Source: a virus (taxonomy: Duplodnaviria > Heunggongvirae > Uroviricota > Caudoviricetes). Taken from it: a stretch of DNA of 4,611 nucleotides. The DNA is taken from IMG/VR virus record IMGVR_UViG_2713896900_000001, positions 1 to 4,611 of that record; one strand, 5' to 3'. The notes beneath the pieces are model-generated. The model was not told the DNA's origin, searched no databases, and saw only the letters and a program-made list of their open reading frames with translations. Of this stretch, positions 1-4,611 are shown piece after piece. A program made the translations under genes and the position numbers. Within the stretch, counting starts at the first letter, position 1, and every line of letters begins with the position of its first letter.

Positions 1-146
1 ACAGTAAACTTCCGGTTACTGTCTGACTCCGCCTGTTCTGCCTGCCGTTTCAGCAGGGCAAGATGCTCAATGCGCTGCAGGGCTGACAGCTCAGAAAGCG
101 TGACGCTCACGCCGTTATATTCAAATGATTCGGTTTTCAGGAACAT
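1..146 (-). CDS. G: Tail assembly chaperone G, N-terminal 48 codons (3' end lies beyond the window start)
   Basis: Minus-strand ATG at 146..144, 15 nt after the V stop, preceded by GGAGGG (plus 153..158) with a 6-nt spacer. Translation MFLKTESFEYNGVSVTLSELSALQRIEHLALLKRQAEQAESDSNRKFTV matches the lambda gpG N-terminus as I recall it. Not in the ORF track because it is truncated by the window edge. Confidence 0.85.
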   Translation of the reverse strand, partial: MFLKTESFEYNGVSVTLSELSALQRIEHLALLKRQAEQAESDSNRKFT

Positions 147-161
147 CGCTGACCCTCCGGA

Positions 162-902
162 TTAGCTGTCGGTGACGTTGATTTCTGCAACCGCAGCAAA
201 CTCACCATTACCGGACATGACCAGAATGTTGACCTTGCCTGCAGCAACGCCTTTCACGGTGATGGTCATACCACTGACCGACACGGTGGCTTTTGTTTTA
301 TCCGCTGACACCGCACGGAAGCTCTTGTCGGTTGCGCCTTCCGGCTGGAATGCCACGGTCAGCGTGGTGCTCTGCCCTTTCACTACGGAAGCACTGGCAG
401 GCGTCACGGTCATACCGGTTGCCGCTGTCACCGTACTGCGATCTTCTGCCATCGACGGACGGCCCACATTGGTGACTTTCACCGTGCGGGTGATCACTTC
501 CTTTGCCGTCACCGCCTTACCGATGCTGCTGACCCAGCCACGGAACACATCGACCGTGCCGTTCGGGAAGCGGATTTTATAGGCACGGGTATCACCTTCA
601 TTAAACCACGCCAGCAGCGCCTGCTGCCCCTGCTCTCCGGGCATCCACGCCAGCGTGAAGCTGGTATCTCCGGCGGATTTCTGCCCCTGCCCGGTTGCGG
701 TCCAGTCCGCATCTTCATCATCGAGATAGCTGTCGTCATAGGACTCCGCGGTCAGTTCGCCGGGCGTCAGGTCTTTAACTTTTGCCAGACGCGACCAGTC
801 AACGTCTGAAAGCGGGTTCGCATAAGGGTCGCCGTTTCCGTTATAAACCCACAGGGTGGTTCCGGCACCTTTCACCGGTATTGCTGGATTTGGTACAGGC
901 AT
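162..902 (-). CDS. V: Major tail tube protein V with C-terminal Ig-like (Big_2-type) domain
   Basis: ORF 162..932 (-). The product from the internal Met ([20 protein letters not shown]...) is 246 aa and matches lambda gpV, including the Thr/Ser/Val-rich C-terminal domain. Start placed at 902 because GAGGA (plus 907..911) sits 4 nt upstream and the 30 nt above it overlap the end of U. Stop TAA at 162..164. Confidence 0.95.
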   Translation of the reverse strand: MPVPNPAIPVKGAGTTLWVYNGNGDPYANPLSDVDWSRLAKVKDLTPGELTAESYDDSYLDDEDADWTATGQGQKSAGDTSFTLAWMPGEQGQQALLAWFNEGDTRAYKIRFPNGTVDVFRGWVSSIGKAVTAKEVITRTVKVTNVGRPSMAEDRSTVTAATGMTVTPASASVVKGQSTTLTVAFQPEGATDKSFRAVSADKTKATVSVSGMTITVKGVAAGKVNILVMSGNGEFAAVAEINVTDS

Positions 903-906
903 ATCG

Positions 907-911
907 TCCTC
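907..911 (-). promoter_or_regulatory. Shine-Dalgarno (GAGGA) for V, overlapping the U stop codon
   Basis: Minus strand reads G-TGA-GGACGAT-ATG: the U stop TGA (910..912) is embedded in the ribosome-binding site for V, with a 4-nt spacer to the ATG at 902. Confidence 0.7.
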
Positions 912-1305
912 ACATTTCATAGGTAATGACATAAGTCAGATCGGCTGAACTCCACAGGCCCACATCATCATCGCGCCGGTAGTCATAGCCGCTGGCCACC
1001 ATACTGGTGATCAAATCTGACAGTGCCGGGATATCGCTCATCACTGGGTAAATCCGGGACTCCATCCACGTGTCCAGCTCTGAATCCGGCACCTGAGCAG
1101 GCAGAAAAACTTCAATATGCAGCTCTGCCTGCCAGGTATCGCAGTCCAGCTCTTCGCCCGTGTATTCAGCGCCGGTGAGATAAACGGCAATTGCCGGAAA
1201 GTCCGCCTCATCAAAAACAGCGGGGCGACCATCAAAAAGCGTCGCCCCGGTATCATGTTTCTCCAGTGCATCCAGTACGGCTGCACGGATATCCGTATGT
1301 TTCAT
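910..1305 (-). CDS. U: Tail terminator protein U (tail tube terminator)
   Basis: 131-aa [40 protein letters not shown]...[13 protein letters not shown] is near-identical to lambda gpU (131 aa) as recalled. The start ATG (1305..1303) overlaps the Z stop TGA (1304..1302) in an ATGA arrangement. Confidence 0.95.
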   Translation of the reverse strand: MKHTDIRAAVLDALEKHDTGATLFDGRPAVFDEADFPAIAVYLTGAEYTGEELDCDTWQAELHIEVFLPAQVPDSELDTWMESRIYPVMSDIPALSDLITSMVASGYDYRRDDDVGLWSSADLTYVITYEM

Positions 1306-1835
1306 CGCTTTATCGCAATCCTCAGTTGTTGTTTCAGGGCGTATTCCAGTTCTTTCGGCAAACGTTCACGCCGTATCTGTTCAATATTCTGTTTAAACGC
1401 CGTGGTCAGCGGCGCCGCCATCGGGATTTTCACCACATCAATGGGGTAACGGTTTTTCCCGGCCACACGCTGCATGACATGCCAGCGACCATTTTTTAAT
1501 CGCTGGATAAATGCCCGCTGATAACGATGCTGACCGGCCCGTAGCGTACTGTTGGGACGACTTCCGGTGATCCGTATCCCCAGTTTGATGACAGGTAAAT
1601 CACCGCGGTTAACAATGATTTTTACGTGCGGATTTTTGACCGTGGCCTTTTTCAGTCTGGCCCTTTCCTTTACCAGTTTTCGCCGCACCTTTGTCTCACG
1701 GGCAACCTGTGACGCCGACTGACTCATTGCCGTTGTGGCCACGCGGTTAATGGCCATTGCGGAGGCACCGGGCACTGCCGTTTTGCTGATGCGTCTGAGG
1801 TTTTCAACAGCCTGCTCAAGGCCTCTGATGGTCAT
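1302..1835 (-). CDS. Z: Tail completion protein Z
   Basis: 177-aa ORF. The N-terminus MTIRGLEQAVENLRRISKTAVPGASAMAINRV and C-terminus ...KNGRWHVMQRVAGKNRYPIDVVKIPMAAPLTTAFKQNIEQIRRERLPKELEYALKQQL match lambda gpZ; it is somewhat shorter than lambda Z as I recall it. Sits between FII and U. Upstream AGGGGGAT precedes the ATG at 1835. Confidence 0.9.
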   Translation of the reverse strand: MTIRGLEQAVENLRRISKTAVPGASAMAINRVATTAMSQSASQVARETKVRRKLVKERARLKKATVKNPHVKIIVNRGDLPVIKLGIRITGSRPNSTLRAGQHRYQRAFIQRLKNGRWHVMQRVAGKNRYPIDVVKIPMAAPLTTAFKQNIEQIRRERLPKELEYALKQQLRIAIKR

Positions 1836-1846
1836 ACATCCCCCTG

Positions 1847-2200
1847 TCAGCGGCGACGGTTAACGGCAGGTGGTTGCCCCCGGTTGAGCCAGAGATAACA
1901 ACTGCCCCCATCATCCGGCGAAATCCGGTCCACCCAGAACATCTCGCCGTTAATGGTCAGCGTGTCACCACGCCGTACAGCACGAACAGTATCCGTCAGC
2001 ACAAATAATGACGGGCTGCTTCCTTCAATACGGATGCCACTACTGGCGAAACCCAGCGACTCCGGATCGTCAAAAACACCATGAACTTCTCCGCCACTCT
2101 GTGCACCGGAGGTGAACTGCGCACGGATCCCCATCACTTCAACAATAGTGCTGTCCACACCGGCAAGAGCAGCATCAAAAGCATTCTGAAAATCACGCAT
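1847..2200 (-). CDS. FII: Head-tail joining (head completion) protein FII
   Basis: ORF 1847..2236 (-). From the third in-frame Met (MRDFQNAFDAA...) the product is 117 aa and aligns end to end with lambda gpFII (MADFDNLFDAA...SPDDGGSC.LWL.RG.PPAVNRRR). Starts at 2218 or 2236 are possible but have no SD and add residues absent from lambda FII. The ATG at 2200 overlaps the FI stop (ATGCGTGA). Confidence 0.85.
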   Translation of the reverse strand: MRDFQNAFDAALAGVDSTIVEVMGIRAQFTSGAQSGGEVHGVFDDPESLGFASSGIRIEGSSPSLFVLTDTVRAVRRGDTLTINGEMFWVDRISPDDGGSCYLWLNRGQPPAVNRRR

Positions 2201-2567
2201 AAACAGCCATTCCGCCATCAACGTGTGTTTTTGCATCTGAGGACATAATCAGGATCACCCGGCCAACATCCGCAAGCTCAACGGATTCTCCCGTTTCACC
2301 ATCAATGCCACAGAGATGGAGGCAGGTAAGAACTCTGATGCGCGTTAACGCACCGGATGTATCCTCACGAACATCATGATCCGCGGTTTCCCGCCCCCGG
2401 ATAACCGTATCCACAACCTGAACATCATCGCCGGATGACTGCATTTCCTCTTCCCATTCCGCCACCCGCTGCGCTATCTCTGCGGCACTCCCGGATATAT
2501 CCGGCTCACGCCCCAGAATCAGGGCCAGTTCATCAAGCCGTTTCAGATTTTGCTCTTTCGTTGCCAT
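2193..2567 (-). CDS. FI: DNA-packaging / head assembly protein FI-like
   Basis: ORF 2193..2591 begins with GTG in the track. I place the start at the ATG at 2567 (MATKEQNLKRLDELALILG...AEIAQRVAEWEEEM), which resembles the lambda gpFI N-terminus (MTKDELIARL...ALRVAELKEEL) and is preceded by a G-rich SD (CAGGGGGGAT). Acidic, about 124 aa, in the FI position between E and FII. The C-terminal half is less similar to my recollection of lambda. Confidence 0.75.
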   Translation of the reverse strand: MATKEQNLKRLDELALILGREPDISGSAAEIAQRVAEWEEEMQSSGDDVQVVDTVIRGRETADHDVREDTSGALTRIRVLTCLHLCGIDGETGESVELADVGRVILIMSSDAKTHVDGGMAVYA

Positions 2568-2575
2568 ATCCCCCC

Positions 2576-2609
2576 CTGTGAAAAAAGACACGGGGGCATT
2601 TCGCCCCCG
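2576..2609 (-). terminator. GC-rich stem-loop followed by a U-rich tract between E and FI (possible intrinsic terminator or mRNA-stabilising hairpin)
   Basis: Plus 2591..2597 cgggggc and 2603..2609 gcccccg form a perfect 7-bp all-G/C stem with a 5-nt loop (atttc). On the minus-strand transcript this is CGGGGGC-GAAAU-GCCCCCG followed by UGUCUUUUUUCAC, beginning 8 nt after the E stop codon. Confidence 0.35.
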
Positions 2610-2617
2610 CTCACGGA

Positions 2618-3646
2618 TTATTTCACCTGTACCACCACAAACTCATCCGGATCCGGCAACACCATCAGCGGCGCGGACTGCGTCATGGTGAATTCACGGG
2701 CAGGATCACCAACGGTCAGCCAGTGTTTCGGATAACGGGAAGAGGCCACCACACCTTCGGACAACGCCTGCGCATCCTGAATGGCACCGTAACAACGGAT
2801 CCCATCTGCAACAGTATTCCCCAGGACCAGCGTGCCGTCTGGCAGATAACGTTTTTCGGTACCGTCCTCTGCTACGTAAGACGTTTTCGCCACCACAATG
2901 GCCAGATCGCCGTAATACCCCTTGAAGGACACCACTGCGCCCAGATCTTTCACTGCCGTTTCGAGTTGAGAATTTGAACCGCGACGGGTATCCAGTTTTT
3001 CGCGGAACAGCTTAAAACCATTCAGCAGACGCCAGACGGTACCGTCCATAATGGCAATATCCACAAGACCGCTGGCCTGGTCACAGTAGAGGTCAATATC
3101 ATGCGTAGGATCGAACGTGTCACGATCCTGTTTTGACCATTCCTTACCGCTACCCTGTGTGATGTTATTCTTCGTCGACCTGCCAAAATCGACCTCAATT
3201 TTCTCGAACTGATCGCCTTCCATGGTGTATTTGCCATACAGAACGGCATTCACCGCCTGCATTTCTTCCACCTGGACAATGGCGTGCTCTTCCTGTTTGA
3301 GATTATCGGTAATGATACGCAGACGACGGTAAGTCGGGTCGTTCAGTTGAGCAGGATCTTCACCAGGAAGACGCTCCACCGCCTGCTGGTAATTAAATTC
3401 GTGTTTCGGCTTGACGTAGCCCGGACGCAACACGCGGGTTTCACCACCGCGATGACGCAGCACTTTTCCTTCAACGACCGGGGAGACATAGGCCGCTACC
3501 GGCGTTTTTCCGGTAATTTTATCCAGCATCACCTCTTCGGTATGGAAATTCACCGTACGGCGGAAAAACAGCTCCAGAAACAGCGCACGAAATTTGACTT
3601 TTTGTTCGGTATAACCGAGCAACTGGCGGGTCGTAAACAATCCCAT
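2618..3646 (-). CDS. E: Major capsid protein E (HK97-fold, lambda gpE family)
   Basis: 342-aa ORF; lambda gpE is 341 aa. Many colinear conserved blocks match lambda gpE as recalled: YVSPVV, PGYVKPKHE, VEEMQAV, KLDTRRGSNS.LETAVKDLG, GNT, TGDPAREFTM.QSAPLM, DPDEFV. Start ATG at 3646 with an AGGA-containing SD (plus 3655..3658) 8 nt upstream. Confidence 0.95.
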   Translation of the reverse strand: MGLFTTRQLLGYTEQKVKFRALFLELFFRRTVNFHTEEVMLDKITGKTPVAAYVSPVVEGKVLRHRGGETRVLRPGYVKPKHEFNYQQAVERLPGEDPAQLNDPTYRRLRIITDNLKQEEHAIVQVEEMQAVNAVLYGKYTMEGDQFEKIEVDFGRSTKNNITQGSGKEWSKQDRDTFDPTHDIDLYCDQASGLVDIAIMDGTVWRLLNGFKLFREKLDTRRGSNSQLETAVKDLGAVVSFKGYYGDLAIVVAKTSYVAEDGTEKRYLPDGTLVLGNTVADGIRCYGAIQDAQALSEGVVASSRYPKHWLTVGDPAREFTMTQSAPLMVLPDPDEFVVVQVK

Positions 3647-3674
3647 AAATCAGTTCCTTTCATTCAGAAATCAG

Positions 3675-3696
3675 TCAGGACACCGCGGTGGCCTGA
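3675..3696. repeat. 22-bp near-perfect palindrome in the D-E intergenic spacer
   Basis: Plus strand TCAGG-A-CACCGCGGTG-G-CCTGA. The central 10 bp (CACCGCGGTG) is a perfect palindrome and the outer 5-bp arms are complementary, with one mismatched pair. It lies in the 57-nt spacer between the D stop (3704) and the E start (3646). Confidence 0.5.
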
Positions 3697-3703
3697 TAAC
3701 GTG

Positions 3704-4051
3704 TTACGGCAGCGCCGCGTGACTCAGGGCACTGCCGGCAAAGGCGTTGGCCTTTTTGTGTTCATCCACACTTTCAGGCCAGTGGATTGCCTCCGTCGCA
3801 AAGGTTCCCGACTTGTAATACGTCAGCGCCGTCTCTGTGCCTTCAAGCGGCAGAACCAGTATGCCAACCGCACTACCGGCTTTCTGTCCGTCCCAGACCA
3901 CCAGTTTCCCGGTGGCTTCATCCAGCATCAGGGGCGTCAGTACCGGTGTTGGCGAGGAAATCCCGCTGCTGCCTGTGGCGGTATGAGCCGGATCATTACC
4001 GGCAAAAATACGTACTTCCGCACGCTGTTCAGTGATGGTTTTCGTCACCAT
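3704..4051 (-). CDS. D: Head decoration protein D (lambda gpD family)
   Basis: 115-aa ORF. Matches lambda gpD (110 aa) as recalled at DPAHTAT, TPLMLD, KLV.WDG, A.VGIL, YKSGTF and AFAG. Strong SD AGGAGG (plus 4062..4067) 10 nt upstream of the ATG at 4051. Confidence 0.9.
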   Translation of the reverse strand: MVTKTITEQRAEVRIFAGNDPAHTATGSSGISSPTPVLTPLMLDEATGKLVVWDGQKAGSAVGILVLPLEGTETALTYYKSGTFATEAIHWPESVDEHKKANAFAGSALSHAALP

Positions 4052-4061
4052 ATTGTAAAAA

Positions 4062-4067
4062 CCTCCT
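4062..4067 (-). promoter_or_regulatory. Shine-Dalgarno (AGGAGG) for D
   Basis: Minus strand reads CAATAGGAGGTTTTTACAAT-ATG: a consensus SD with a 10-nt spacer, fitting a highly expressed capsid decoration gene. Confidence 0.75.
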
Positions 4068-4087
4068 ATTGATGGTCAGCACTGACT

Positions 4088-4611
4088 TCATGGCATGGCC
4101 ATGAGCATTTTTACGTCCGCATCACCGTCTGCTGACATCTGTGGCACGCCACCCTGTACCGCTGCCGGTGAATGGTTCGCCATGAAATGTTCAAACATGG
4201 CGGTTGTGGATGCAGAGACCGGTTCTGCCTTACCAGATCCCGCAGCCAGCACAGCCCGGGCGCTCTCCACAGTCATTCCCGGGCAGGCAGCCAGTTGTTC
4301 AGCCTGCGCCTCAGCCCCTTTTGCCTCATCCAGGGCCATGATCTGATCACGGAGTGATGGCCCGGCATCCGCCTGCGGTGAAGCAGCCAGAATCGGGCGG
4401 GCTTTTTCCACCGTCATTTCCGGCATCGCCGCCAGCGTTGCCGCCAGTTGTTCACGACCTTTCGCCTCTTCACACGCCATAATGCGATCGGCTTCACTCT
4501 GCGCAGATGCCGCCGGCTGCTGTGATGCCGCCGCGGCCAGAATCGCCCGGGCCTGTTCCACGCTCATGCCCTGTTGTCCTGCCAGCATCGTGGCAAGCTG
4601 TTCACGTCCTT
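4088..4611 (-). CDS. C-terminal part of head protease/scaffold protein (lambda C / Nu3-like nested scaffolding region); 5' end lies beyond the window
   Basis: The minus-strand reading frame is open from the window edge (it continues upstream of the track's Met at 4588 as ...GREQLATM-LAGQQ...) to the stop TGA at 4088..4090, immediately upstream of D as in lambda (C/Nu3 then D). The protein is Ala/Gln/Glu-rich with a helical-looking repeat composition typical of scaffolding proteins. The assignment rests on position and composition; I cannot confirm sequence similarity to lambda Nu3 from memory. Confidence 0.6.
   Translation of the reverse strand, partial: GREQLATMLAGQQGMSVEQARAILAAAASQQPAASAQSEADRIMACEEAKGREQLAATLAAMPEMTVEKARPILAASPQADAGPSLRDQIMALDEAKGAEAQAEQLAACPGMTVESARAVLAAGSGKAEPVSASTTAMFEHFMANHSPAAVQGGVPQMSADGDADVKMLMAMP
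4235..4611 (-). repeat. At least three imperfect tandem repeats of about 150 bp (47-50 aa units) inside the C/Nu3-like CDS
   Basis: The DNA motif ccagttgttc recurs at 4291..4300 and 4444..4453, with a diverged copy (caagctgttc) at 4594..4603, giving a period of about 150 bp. The protein units are GREQLATMLAGQQGMSVEQARAILAAAAS / GREQLAATLAAMPEMTVEKARPILAASP / AEQLAACPGMTVESARAVLAAGS, each followed by a D(R/Q)IMA(C/L)(E/D)EAKG-like segment in the first two units. The array runs off the window edge. Confidence 0.6.

Noticed and set aside
172-582. Plus-strand ORFs 172..582 (136 aa) and 293..475 (60 aa) antisense to V
   Set aside because: Antisense to the near-lambda-identical major tail gene V, with no RBS and no recognisable homology; shadow ORFs.
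509-739. Minus-strand alternative-frame ORFs inside V (509..739), inside U (1041..1286) and inside E (3022..3249)
   Set aside because: Each is nested out of frame within a strongly supported same-strand gene and has Arg/Cys/Trp-rich composition; there is no evidence of overlapping-gene coding.
903-932. Extended V start at 932 ([16 protein letters not shown]...)
   Set aside because: The extra 10 codons overlap the 3' end of U, have no SD, and are absent from lambda gpV, whereas the ATG at 902 has GAGGA 4 nt upstream and gives the lambda-length 246-aa product.
1117-1499. Plus-strand ORFs 1117..1449 and 1191..1499 antisense to U and Z
   Set aside because: Both overlap well-supported minus-strand genes, have Cys/Arg/Phe-rich atypical composition and lack ribosome-binding sites.
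2201-2236. Extended FII starts at 2236 or 2218
   Set aside because: No purine-rich SD upstream of either, and they add 6-12 residues with no counterpart in lambda FII. Kept as a low-interest finding because it cannot be settled from sequence alone.
2550-2977. Plus-strand ORFs 2550..2735 and 2723..2977 antisense to the FI start and the E 3' end
   Set aside because: Short, no SD, antisense to conserved genes; the first spans the E-FI hairpin region, which is better explained as a regulatory structure on the minus strand.
3787-4035. Plus-strand ORF 3787..4035 (82 aa) antisense to D
   Set aside because: Antisense to the conserved decoration gene, with Pro/Arg/Cys-rich composition and no start context.
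3284-4072. Long plus-strand ORF (262 aa) spanning the region antisense to E, the D-E spacer and D
   Set aside because: It lies entirely antisense to two strongly supported, lambda-homologous genes. Its product is low-complexity (Arg/Phe/Gln/Thr-rich) with no recognisable motifs, there is no SD upstream, and it runs straight across the D-E intergenic region. It is a typical shadow ORF.
4052-4087. Short dyad GTCAGTGCTGAC in the C-D spacer as a possible hairpin
   Set aside because: The stem is only 4-5 bp with a 2-4 nt loop, too weak to call a structure; the spacer is adequately explained by the strong AGGAGG ribosome-binding site for D.
4095-4357. Plus-strand ORFs 4095..4346 and 4172..4357 antisense to the C/Nu3-like region
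   Set aside because: Antisense shadows in a GC-rich repeat region; no RBS or homology.
1-4611. CRISPR arrays, tRNA or rRNA genes, IS elements, integrase or attachment sites
   Set aside because: No direct repeats with spacers, no tRNA-like cloverleaf candidates noticed, and no transposase- or integrase-like ORFs. The only repeats are the in-frame coding tandem repeats at 4235..4611.

Overview
The whole window is one contiguous, tightly packed block of lambda-like (lambdoid siphovirus) late morphogenesis genes, all encoded on the minus strand. Reading the minus strand 5'->3' (window coordinates descending) the order is: C/Nu3 protease-scaffold C-terminal part (partial) - D (decoration) - E (major capsid) - FI - FII - Z - U - V (major tail) - G (N-terminal part, partial). 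Gene order, sizes and junction architecture match the phage lambda head-to-tail module; V, U and G are, from memory, nearly identical to lambda, while the head genes are clearly homologous but more diverged. All plus-strand ORFs in the track are antisense shadows. I see no evidence of a novel defence or accessory system, insertion or moron here. The points worth a second look are a roughly 150-bp tandem repeat in the C/Nu3 region, a GC-rich hairpin plus U-tract between E and FI, a 22-bp near-perfect palindrome between D and E, and apparent mosaicism across the module. All homology statements rest on recalled lambda protein sequences, not on a database search.
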